NCBI GenBank assembly: GCA_963752285.1
Contig: CAVVXN010000005.1
Span: forward strand, 1,408,001 to 1,472,000
DNA from: an uncultured Planctomycetota bacterium
GTDB lineage: Bacteria; Planctomycetota; PLA2; JAEUHO01
Direction: 5' to 3'
Length of the DNA stretch: 64,000 bases
In this document: piece after piece, positions 37,807 through 46,195 of the stretch
Numbering within the stretch: position 1 is the first letter of the stretch
Layout of the letters: every line of letters starts with the position of its first letter
The notes under the pieces: generated by a model
Seen by the model: only the letters and a program-made list of their open reading frames with translations
Told to the model about the DNA's origin: nothing
Database searches by the model: none
Made by a program: the position numbers and the translations under genes

Positions 37807-37843
37807 CGCCGCCCCGGCCGTGCGAAGCCGGCCGCGGGCGGCG
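37807..37843 (+). other. GC-rich hairpin/cruciform with GAA triloop (candidate DGR target-recognition element)
   Basis: CGCCGCCC-CGGCCG-(T)-GC-GAA-GC-CGGCCG-(C)-GGGCGGCG, 25 nt after the kinase-FGE stop codon; no U-tract follows. Confidence 0.55.
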
Positions 37844-37943
37844 TCCCTCCGGCGTGGGATCCTCCCGGTGGGTTCTCTGGCAGGTAGGCGGGAAGGATCA
37901 GGGTGGGCATGGACACGCCCGATTCCCCGCCGCCGAGCGCGCC

Positions 37944-38036
37944 ACGCTCGTAAAGGTGGTCACACTCCAGTACACCCCCTCGCTCGGCGGCTTCGACGAG
38001 CGCCCGCTCGCCGACGTCGTGCGCGACAAGGAGATC
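37944..38036 (+). pseudogene. N-terminal remnant of an HRDC-domain (DGR accessory-type) protein
   Basis: LVKVVTLQYTPSLGGFDERPLADVVRDKEI resembles, from memory, the N-terminus of HRDC proteins found beside DGR RTs. It lacks a start codon and is truncated. Confidence 0.45.
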
Positions 38037-38185
38037 CGTCGCACGGGGAAGAATGGCTACGCCCCGGTGCTCAGCGACAACTAGATCGGTGCACCCTTCT
38101 AGTTGACGCCAGCCACCCCAGCCTGCGGGAGGGAGTGGGTGCGGGGCGTCTGCGAGAAGCCACGCATCCGTTGCGGCGTCGGTTC
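38037..38185 (+). pseudogene. Fragments of a primase/DEAD-helicase (TOTE-associated type) N-terminus
   Basis: RRTGKNGYAP...stop...PACGREWVRGVCEKPRIRCG matches the recalled motif GKSGYSPACxNEWxxGVCEKPRIKC; interrupted. Confidence 0.5.
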
Positions 38186-38292
38186 GAGCGTTGGGCGCGC
38201 GGATACCGGGCCATGGGGCATCACGAACCTGCGGCAGCGCCGACCTCCCCTCAACTTGGAGTGGGGTCGCGCGCCCTCGCTCGTATGGGCAA

Positions 38293-38811
38293 TCAGCCGC
38301 GCCGGGGGCGGGGCCGTGAGCGCTTCGGCGTTGAACGAGCTTCCGCGGCCCCCGGCGACCTCGTGCCGGCACCCCCCTTGCGCTCGACGCGGGCGTGGAA
38401 CATGCGGTAGTGCTCCTGGATGCGCGCCGCGTAGGCAGGGTCGCTGCGGAGCAGCTCGGTCACGAGCCCGAGCAGGGGCCGGGCGAGCTCCGTCTCGGGG
38501 CTCCCGAGGTTCAGGGCCGGCCCCTGCAGGCTGTCGAGCAGCACCTCGTCGTCCTCGCCCGACCAGCGGGCGTAGAACTCCCTCGGCTCCCACCCCCACG
38601 CGATCACCGCTTCCGGGCCCCGACGCCGGGACGACAGGACGCAGAGGAACACGCGCCGGCAGTCGCAGCCGCGCTCGTCGCAGAACATCTCGGCGAGGCC
38701 GTACTCCCCCACGGGGAGCGCGGCCTTCGTGGACCCCGGCGGCACGATGAGCGTCCGAGTCTCCCGCTCGGCGATCTCTGGGAAGAAGTCGTGGAACAGG
38801 CGGTACGGCAT
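38293..38811 (-). CDS. Hypothetical Cys-motif protein (family often fused to SEC-C)
   Basis: MPYRLFHDFFPEIAERETR...GEYGLAEMFCDERGCDCRRVF...IAWGWE...Y.ARIQEHYRMF. Confidence 0.65.
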   Translation of the reverse strand: MPYRLFHDFFPEIAERETRTLIVPPGSTKAALPVGEYGLAEMFCDERGCDCRRVFLCVLSSRRRGPEAVIAWGWEPREFYARWSGEDDEVLLDSLQGPALNLGSPETELARPLLGLVTELLRSDPAYAARIQEHYRMFHARVERKGGAGTRSPGAAEARSTPKRSRPRPRRG

Positions 38812-39403
38812 GGGACTCCCCGGCCGGGTGGCGCGCCCCATCGTCCATGCCGACACGGACACCGGGGCCGTCGCGGGCGCCGCCCGGACCGGGGATCCGC
38901 GAAGGCTGAGAGCCTGCATCGCCGTCGGGCGGGGCCCCGGCTTGGGCCCGACGATTCTTCCAGCGGCCCTGCGGCGGGTGCTGGAGGAGCCCGGCCAATT
39001 GACGCGCCCCTTCTACCCGGTCCCGGGGACATCCGGGCGGCCCCGGGTCGCCGGAGAGGAGGCTGGGCAGGGCCAGCCCCCGGAACGAACTCGGGGGCCG
39101 CGGTCGCCAGGTCGTGGACGTCCGCGGCGGCGACTTGGCCCTGCATCGCGAGAGGGGCAGCGGCGGCGCGGACGGGGACGAGGACGCCCACGGGGGGCCG
39201 CCCGCACTCACGGCAGAGGGGCTCGTCGCGGGAGACCGGGGCCCGGACGGACTGCCGCCGTACGGATCCGTGGATGCGAGCCACGACGGAGTCGCGGCGG
39301 GAGCCGTTGCGCGGCACGGGCTTTGACTACCATGATCGGGAGCCACCTCGGGGCCCGTCCTCACCATCGAGATCCCACGCGTCGAGAAGGGAGACGACCG
39401 AGA

Positions 39404-40840
39404 ATGCGGCGCACCCTCGCGATCCTCGCTGCGCTCGGTGTGCTGTCGGGCCTGGTCTGGGTGGTGCGCGGGTTCGCCCTCCTGCCCGGGTCCTCGACCT
39501 CGAAGGCGGGCACGAGTCAGTACGCGCCGAACATCCGTCCCCATGACCTCCCGCCGGCGCCAACACTCGTAGGTCGAGCCGAGGACACCGCCTCGCCCGT
39601 TCCAGGAGACGAAGCGAAGCCGATCACTCTACGGGTCCACGTGCAGGACGAAGAGGGCCGACCCATAGGCGGCGCGCATCTATGGGTGCGCGGGGAGTCC
39701 GTCGGCGCGACGAGCACGGATGGATCCGCTATCGTGACGTGGTCCGAGCCATTTTCGTACGTCGTGACCGTCGCTCCGGGTTTCGTGGCCGGGGAGGACG
39801 AGCTGAGCGTGGCGGACGGCGGGACCTTGCTCGTGGAACTGCGGCGAGGAGCCGTGCTCGAAGGTAGGGTTGTTGAAGGGGGCACCGGGAAGCCGATTGA
39901 GAATGCACGCGTGTTGACGGGCAAAGAGGGCCACGCCGACGGTGCAGAGGCGTTCCCATGGTTCCAGGAGGCCACCACCGACGCGACGGGCCGGTTCCGA
40001 CTCGACTCGCTTGGGACGGATGATGCGCGGCTTTGGGTGGAGGCACGCGGATGGTCGCGGGCGCGGGCGCGTATTCACGTGACGGACGACGGGCGCGTAG
40101 ACCCGGAACATGTCCTACTCGAGGTCCGGCCCGCTGGGTGGCTCGCCGCCCGCGTGACACGATCGAACGGCGCGCCCGCGGCATCGGCGCTCCTCATCCT
40201 CCAGCCCGAAGGAGTCCAGCCGTTCGCGCCGGGAGCGTACGTCGGCCCCTCGACTCTCCGCGACCTCTGGTTCGATTCCGCGACACTGCTCGCAACGACG
40301 GATGAGCGGGGTCATGCCTTGATTCCAGGGCTCCCGTTCGGCGCTAGATTCACTCTGTCCGTTTGCGACACCGTCGAAGCCGATGTCGCCGCACCGCCGA
40401 CTGTGCACGCAACCGCGGAGGTCCCCGAGATCTTGCTGGAACGACGCCTGCGCGCACCGGCTACGCTGCACCTGCGCTGCTCAGGGATCGAGCCGGCCGC
40501 CGTCGCGTCCGTCGATATCGAGATCGACGGCCAGGAGGCACCGCAGTGCACTGCTCCCGGGCCGCGTATCGCGGCTGCAACGGGGGTCGTACCGGGTCAC
40601 CACGCGGTAGTTGCCACTGCTCCGGATCACCTACCCGTCGCCCTCGATGCTGACTTCGGCGAGGGAACTACCGTCGAACGGGATGTCACCTTCGAGCCCG
40701 GCTCTGAACTCTCTGGGGTGGTAGTCGATGACCGCCCGCGTGACGGCGATCGGCGCGGCCCCCCTTCTTGCCGTCGCGGCGGCGGCCATCCTCCGCCTCG
40801 CACCCGACATCCAAGAGCAGATCCTGTTCCTCGGGGATAG
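39404..40840 (+). CDS. Exported carboxypeptidase-regulatory-like (Ig-like) repeat protein, probably 3'-truncated near 40735
   Basis: Signal anchor and repeated V.DEEGRPIGGA, GRVVE..TGKPIENA...TDATGRF units. The last repeat breaks off at GVVVDDR into low-complexity sequence. Confidence 0.65.
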   Translation: MRRTLAILAALGVLSGLVWVVRGFALLPGSSTSKAGTSQYAPNIRPHDLPPAPTLVGRAEDTASPVPGDEAKPITLRVHVQDEEGRPIGGAHLWVRGESVGATSTDGSAIVTWSEPFSYVVTVAPGFVAGEDELSVADGGTLLVELRRGAVLEGRVVEGGTGKPIENARVLTGKEGHADGAEAFPWFQEATTDATGRFRLDSLGTDDARLWVEARGWSRARARIHVTDDGRVDPEHVLLEVRPAGWLAARVTRSNGAPAASALLILQPEGVQPFAPGAYVGPSTLRDLWFDSATLLATTDERGHALIPGLPFGARFTLSVCDTVEADVAAPPTVHATAEVPEILLERRLRAPATLHLRCSGIEPAAVASVDIEIDGQEAPQCTAPGPRIAAATGVVPGHHAVVATAPDHLPVALDADFGEGTTVERDVTFEPGSELSGVVVDDRPRDGDRRGPPSCRRGGGHPPPRTRHPRADPVPRG

Positions 40841-40920
40841 GGCGCCCACGCACCGGAGCCTGCTGGGGCTCGTGGCCAACCCACTCTGGGCGGCGCAGCG
40901 GAGGGCGAGGAGGGCACTCT
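40728..40920 (+). pseudogene. Remnant of a serine-recombinase-associated small protein
   Basis: ARVT...LRLAPDIQEQILFL...L.....W.AQR matches the recalled motif RARVTQIMNLL.LAPDIQE.ILFL...W..QR. Confidence 0.5.
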
Positions 40921-41091
40921 CCTCCCATCCGTCGCCTTCGTGGCGCCGGCTACGGATCCCAGCGAGCGTGCGCAGCTTCGACGGCTTGGTGCCCTCGGGG
41001 CGCGCCCGCTGGGATGAGCGCGCAGGGGAGACTACCACGACAACCCCCTTCGCATAGCCCACGAGAGGGGTCGTCGAGTAAGATCGCCCAC

Positions 41092-42300
41092 ATGCCGCAA
41101 CAGCAGAAGGCCGCGTGGCGTGGAATCGCGATCGGGATCGCCGTGGGGCTCACGATCGCGGGTACTGCGGCTGGGACCTGGCTGTGGATTCGCTCTCGGA
41201 GTTCTGGCCCGAAGCGCCGCAGGTACATGCCTACCCTTGAGTCTGAGGTCGAGCGGTTCACGCCGAAGTTCCCGCGCACGGACCTGACGGCAGGCTTGAT
41301 CGACGTCCCACTGCAGCTCAAGACGGGTCTATTCCAGCCCAACTACGACATTGGCGACGCACCGGACGGGCGCTCTGCGCTCTGGCGCATGGATGGTCAC
41401 CGCTGGCAGGCGTTGAATGCGGATCTGTCCACAAGGATCGAGGTTGTAGTCCCCGAGGCCACTACTCCTGTCGTTTGGCTAGCGACGGCCTCGGGGAAGA
41501 CACTGCGAATCGACGACGGAACCCCCGGTGGCAAGCCTGGATTGACTGCATTCCGAGATGATGGATCGACCGCGTGGACTTGGGAGTCTCCCTTTCCAGA
41601 TGATGACTTCGGTTGGTCGGAGATCCTCTACGACGACGACGGCGCGGCCGGACTGGCACTTTCATTTGGGGGGGACGCAGGTCTAGTTGCGGTCAATTTG
41701 CAGGGTCAGCAACTCTGGCACGTTCCGAAGCAGTACGTCTCATACGAGATGTCGACTCACCGGGCCTTGCCGGGCTACCTCCTGCACATCGGTGGCGACG
41801 CCGTATTGTTCGGCTCCGCTGCCTCGGGAGCATCGCCGAAGGTTCTCCTAGGCTCAACCGGCGATGAAAGGGGGCGCTACAACGCTGGCACATACATCAC
41901 GCATGGTCGCATATTCCCGGACCGCAGCGGGCGTCCGGCTCTCTTGTTGACCGGCCAGAGCGGGAAGACCCCGCCGGTTCTGATTCGGTCTGACGCAGCG
42001 GGAGTAGAGATTTGGCGCGCGGAACTCCCAAGCGAGGCGGAGGCTATTGAAATGGTCGAACCGCCCGGCATGCCCCGGGTGTTCCTTGTCGCGACGAGCG
42101 GAGGCGAACTACTTGCCGTTGGCGACGACGGAACACTGTACTGGACTGAGCGTCTTCCGGATACGTCAGACGGCGATCGTACTGCTGTCTACCACCTGAG
42201 CGCCGGCGAACTCAGCCCTGGAGCTTGGGGTGTGTGCGTTCGTCTTCTGAAGCAACAGCTTCTGTTTCGGGTTCATCCAGAACGGCTCCGACATCGCTGA
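41092..42300 (+). CDS. Membrane-anchored hypothetical protein, PQQ-like beta-propeller; lower GC
   Basis: N-terminal TM; repeated (A/L)...DG...W units (AFRDDGSTAW, AVNLQGQQLW, DAAGVEIW, AVGDDGTLYW); many A/T-ending codons. Confidence 0.65.
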   Translation: MPQQQKAAWRGIAIGIAVGLTIAGTAAGTWLWIRSRSSGPKRRRYMPTLESEVERFTPKFPRTDLTAGLIDVPLQLKTGLFQPNYDIGDAPDGRSALWRMDGHRWQALNADLSTRIEVVVPEATTPVVWLATASGKTLRIDDGTPGGKPGLTAFRDDGSTAWTWESPFPDDDFGWSEILYDDDGAAGLALSFGGDAGLVAVNLQGQQLWHVPKQYVSYEMSTHRALPGYLLHIGGDAVLFGSAASGASPKVLLGSTGDERGRYNAGTYITHGRIFPDRSGRPALLLTGQSGKTPPVLIRSDAAGVEIWRAELPSEAEAIEMVEPPGMPRVFLVATSGGELLAVGDDGTLYWTERLPDTSDGDRTAVYHLSAGELSPGAWGVCVRLLKQQLLFRVHPERLRHR

Positions 42301-42312
42301 CAAGTGCGCCAC

Positions 42313-42651
42313 TTAGCGAGCGCCGTTCGCCTTGCTTGCGCAGTCGGTGCACGGCCTCGCGAGATCAGTGTCGCTGTCGTCCCCGCAGACCGGGCACGGC
42401 CACGGCCCCCAGCCGCGATCGTCGTGGTCGGCGATGCGCCCGTCGCACCCGCACGGGCACGCCGGGTCCTCGTCGATGGCGAATCCGCGGAACACGCCGC
42501 GCGCGTAGAGGGCGCGGTGCTCGCGGACTCACCGCGCGCAGGGGTCGTAGCCCATCGCGTCGGCGATCCGTGCGACCGCCGGGCGGTCGAGCATGTTCGT
42601 GAGGCCCGAGAGCCGGACGGCCTCGAGTGCCTCACAGACCGCGTGGATCAC
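42313..42651 (-). pseudogene. DUF5049-like gene with internal stop, plus Cys-rich tail
   Basis: EALEAVRLSGLTNMLDRPAVARIADAMGY...R*VREHRALYARGVFRGF; in-frame TGA at 42529-42531 where Trp would be expected. Confidence 0.6.
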
Positions 42652-43251
42652 GTGTGGCGTGGCATGCCGACTCGTGGCGGCCCACTATTTCGCACCCAGA
42701 GTGGACCCCATTCCATATCGACGAGTCGGGCGAACGTCGGCGGTCACTGCGGCGGCCCCGACATCAGCCACATCGCCGGGCCCAGCCGACCGCTGCGAGG
42801 GTCGAGCGTTGGGACGCACCATTCACCGCCTTGGCCGCGATAGGCGCGAAGCTCCACCGCTTCGTCCTGAACCTGCTGTGTGTCGCCTTTCAGACGCAGA
42901 TCCCAGATGTCCATGGTCGTGCGACCGAACTGGGGGTCGAACCAGGCACGGAGGTGACCGCAACGCCCGAGAATCCGGGGGCGACGACGGCCGGTCGGGG
43001 AACGGGCTGCCGGGCGTAGGAGCGGGAATCCGAGCCGGACCGGGGCTTGGAGAGCAGGAGCGAGATCCTGACGCGCCCCGGCCGGAGCCCCTGTCGAGAG
43101 AAGACGGGCGTTGCGCATGCCGGGGCCGTTCGGGGGGGCGGCGAGGGGCGGGGCGCGACCTTCGTCCCGGGCGCGGCCGGATTCGGCCGGGGGAACCTCC
43201 CGGGGCCTGCGCATCACCCTTCGGCGCCCCTCCGCGCCGGGAGCTCGTGCG

Positions 43252-46113
43252 ATGTGGAAGATCGTCCGCGGTTCGTCGTTCCTCCTCCTCTTCTGCCTCC
43301 CCGTCACGGCGCTCTCGGGTGGGCTCGTCGGCTGCGGCGGCGCGGGCTTCGCGAGCGGGACCGAGGTCGGAGGCGTGGGGAGCCCGCCCTACGCCTCGAT
43401 CGGCGAGCTCGAGGACGACATCGCGGCGAAGGCGAACTCGACCGTGGCCGAGGAACGCGCCGACGCCGACGGCGACGGGCTCCCGGACCTGGTCGAGGCG
43501 CGCCTCGGCACCGACCCGGCCGAGCGGGACACCGATCGAGACGGACTCGTGGACGGGTTCGAGCTCCTCGGCGCGCCGCACGCGCGGCTCGATCCCCTGC
43601 CCGACCGCGACCACGACGGGCTCATCGCGCCGCTCGACAGCGACGACGACGGGAACCATCAGAACGACGGGCTCACGATCGACACCGACGGGGACGGCGT
43701 TCCCAACTACCTCGAGCTCTACGGCTACACGTACGACGTGCTCTCGGGACGCTTCGAGCTCTGGAACGGCGACCCCTCGGTCCCCCACTTCTTCACCGAC
43801 CCGCTCCAGCCGTCTACCGACCAGGACGCGTACCCCGACGGCATGGAGGCCTCCGGAGCGCTCGAGGATCCCACCGTCAGGTCGCCGGGCGACGACCCGC
43901 TGGTTCCCGCGTGCCCGGACATCGTGTGCGAGGTCGTGAGCTACTCCGTCACGCTGAACGAGGACGTCCAGGTCTCGCAGTCGGAGTCGTACTCCAAGGG
44001 CGAGTCCTGGTCCCGGCAGACGGACCAGTCGCACTCGTTCGGCGTGGAGACGAGCTGGGAGGTGGGCGCCGAGTACGACTTCAGCGCCACGGGCGGTTTC
44101 AAGGCCAGCGCGAAGCTCGGCCAGTCGTACCAGTTCACCAACTCGACCACCACCTCGGTCGCGAAGGGAACGTCGATCACCGACGACACGGGCTGGTCGG
44201 AGGCCCGGAGCGCCAACCCGACCCGTGCCGCGCTGCTGAAGCTCTACCTCCGCGTGACGAATCGAGGCACCGCGCCCGTGAGCAACATGGTGCCCACGCT
44301 CTCCCTCAAGATTGGAGGGCTCAACGTGGCGACCTTCGAGCCGGCGGGAGCGAACGTGAACCTGCTGGTCCCGGGGGCCACCTACCCCGCCGAGCCGGGC
44401 TGGCTCTGGGTCGTCGATGCGCGGAACACGGGCGGCGGGACCGAGCCCCTCACCCTCACCATGTCCGAGCTCCGGGCCCTCGAACGCGGCGCGCCGATCT
44501 CTCTTACGGTGACGCAAGTGAAGGGCGACGCGATGCGCCTCGCGGACGGCGGCGCCTGGGAGAGCGTCGGCGACACGACCGAGTTCACCGCGCGTTGCGA
44601 CGCCGTCTGCGCCAACCTGCAGATCGAGCTCGGGGACGGCACGCGGGTCCACGACATGGTGTACGCCGACGACGCCCCCTCGTCGCCGCCGATGACGCTG
44701 GGCCAGGCGCTCGCCAAGCTCGGCGTGGACGAGGGGGGATCTCTCCACTACGCCGATGAACACGGCACGCCGAACACCCAGTCGCTCGAGGGGTTCGACA
44801 TCGCGATCGACGCCCCGACGCTGCGGGCCGACGGGTGGACGCTCGCCGCGGACGATCCCACCGGCGCCACCGCGAACGAGGCACCGCCGGGATTCGTCTT
44901 CTCCGACATGCGCCTCCGTCCCGGCTCGGTGGTCTACGTCCGCGCCCCGCGCCCCGCCCTGGAGCCCCCCGGACCGACCGTCTACTTCGCCACGCTCGAC
45001 TCGGACACCGGGGAGATCCAGGTCTCGGCCGCCGACTACGAGGGCATCACGCGCGTCGTCGTCCACAATCAGCTCGACCCCGCCGAGGAGGGGTACCGCG
45101 AGCAGGTCCTGTACGAGACGGTCCCCGGGGCGGGGCTCTTCAGCGGCAACGCCCGGGGGCCGGGCGGATTCGACGGCTCCGACGACCTCACGGCCGACGT
45201 CGTGAACCTCGCGGGCTTCGTCGAGTCCCGTCCCCTCGGCTCGCTCTACGTGGCGCCGGGTCCCCAGAAGCCGTTGATCCACGAGGCGAGCCTCGACCTG
45301 AACGCGCTCCGTGTCTACGCCAACGTCGAGAGCGGGAACCCCGACAACCCCAACTCGAACATCCAGTGGGTCCGCGCGTACCACCCGGACTTCGCCGGCG
45401 GGTTCGTCGAGCTCACAGAGGTCTACGACTACTACCGCGACCCGTACGGCTTCGAGGCGCCCCTCCCCGCGGACTTCGGGAAGGACCATCCCCAGGACGT
45501 CGAGGTCGTGGCGTACGTCGAACCCGGGGTCTTGACCACCACCCTGCTGAGCATCGAGGACGCGCAGCCGGCCGCGGTCCGGCACATCGAGACGCGGACC
45601 CTGCGCGCGGAAGCGAAGGCCACCGTCGCGGGGGGTGCGACCGCGTGGGAAACCCCGCAACTGACGCTCGACGCGGCACCCACCGCCTCCGTGGTCGTTG
45701 TCGCCAAGACGACCACGCCCAACGACATCCTGAACCGGTCCCAGCCCCCCGCCCCACCGCCCCCGCCGGTGGACCTCGTCCTGCAGATGGACGCGAACAG
45801 CCTGAGCGCATGGGCACGATTCCTGTGGAACGCCCAGTACGAGAAGCTCGCCGTGGGCGGCCTGGACACCTACCGGTCGATGACCCGCGAGGACATCCTC
45901 ACCCGCTTCCCCGAACTCACGAGCCAGGACGAGCAGAAGGTGGGCTCGAACAGCAACGCCGACCTCAAGCCGGGGGACGTCCTCGCGATCAAGACCACGG
46001 CCGGCTTCCCCGCCAAGCTCTACCTCGAGAGCGTCACGTACGACCACAACCTCCTGTGGGGCGACTTCTGGGCCTTGGTGCGGGTGCGGTACGTGGTCTT
46101 CGAGAAGCCGTAG
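43252..46113 (+). CDS. Lipoprotein homologue of anthrax protective antigen/binary toxin B (beta-pore-forming), 953 aa
   Basis: Lipobox LVG-C28 and DxDxDG repeats. Collinear PA-like motifs: DTDGDGVPNYLELYGYT, STDQDAYPD..E, PLVPACP, NED, Ser/Thr-rich stem, NRGTAPVSNMVPTLSL, LVPGATYP, PLTLTMSELRALE, QVKG, MTLGQAL, LRPG. Confidence 0.88.
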   Translation: MWKIVRGSSFLLLFCLPVTALSGGLVGCGGAGFASGTEVGGVGSPPYASIGELEDDIAAKANSTVAEERADADGDGLPDLVEARLGTDPAERDTDRDGLVDGFELLGAPHARLDPLPDRDHDGLIAPLDSDDDGNHQNDGLTIDTDGDGVPNYLELYGYTYDVLSGRFELWNGDPSVPHFFTDPLQPSTDQDAYPDGMEASGALEDPTVRSPGDDPLVPACPDIVCEVVSYSVTLNEDVQVSQSESYSKGESWSRQTDQSHSFGVETSWEVGAEYDFSATGGFKASAKLGQSYQFTNSTTTSVAKGTSITDDTGWSEARSANPTRAALLKLYLRVTNRGTAPVSNMVPTLSLKIGGLNVATFEPAGANVNLLVPGATYPAEPGWLWVVDARNTGGGTEPLTLTMSELRALERGAPISLTVTQVKGDAMRLADGGAWESVGDTTEFTARCDAVCANLQIELGDGTRVHDMVYADDAPSSPPMTLGQALAKLGVDEGGSLHYADEHGTPNTQSLEGFDIAIDAPTLRADGWTLAADDPTGATANEAPPGFVFSDMRLRPGSVVYVRAPRPALEPPGPTVYFATLDSDTGEIQVSAADYEGITRVVVHNQLDPAEEGYREQVLYETVPGAGLFSGNARGPGGFDGSDDLTADVVNLAGFVESRPLGSLYVAPGPQKPLIHEASLDLNALRVYANVESGNPDNPNSNIQWVRAYHPDFAGGFVELTEVYDYYRDPYGFEAPLPADFGKDHPQDVEVVAYVEPGVLTTTLLSIEDAQPAAVRHIETRTLRAEAKATVAGGATAWETPQLTLDAAPTASVVVVAKTTTPNDILNRSQPPAPPPPPVDLVLQMDANSLSAWARFLWNAQYEKLAVGGLDTYRSMTREDILTRFPELTSQDEQKVGSNSNADLKPGDVLAIKTTAGFPAKLYLESVTYDHNLLWGDFWALVRVRYVVFEKP

Positions 46114-46195
46114 ACCACGCGGCCACCGGGCGTTCACGGGCGCCCGGTGGCTCCGCTTGTCGGCCGGCCGGTCGAGCCGGTAGGCTCACCCGGGC

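Larger units (their letters stand above)
32364..43100. mobile_element. Decayed genomic island/insertion hotspot downstream of tRNA-His (boundaries approximate)
   Basis: Begins at a tRNA 3' end. It has patchy lower GC, long non-coding gaps and several pseudogene fragments of mobile-element families. No intact integrase or att duplication was seen. Confidence 0.55.

Noticed and set aside
37807..37843. Hairpin as an intrinsic terminator
   Set aside because: No U-tract follows. It is kept as a candidate DGR hairpin instead, although a terminator role cannot be fully excluded in a high-GC genome.
38812..39400. Possible gene fragments between the Cys-motif gene and the Ig-like repeat gene
   Set aside because: Several frames are open but I could not assign any family or a credible start.
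42529..42531. In-frame TGA as selenocysteine or recoding
   Set aside because: The position corresponds to an expected Trp, other genes use TGA as stop, and the surrounding region is decayed.
42915..42950. GGTTCGACCCC on the minus strand as a tRNA fragment/att site
   Set aside because: The T-stem does not pair properly, it does not match the tRNA-His 3' end, and it is in the opposite orientation.
37782..43250. DGR template repeat or reverse transcriptase gene
   Set aside because: No AAC-rich copy of the VR-like segment and no RT motifs (e.g. YxDD in RT context) were found by eye in the window.
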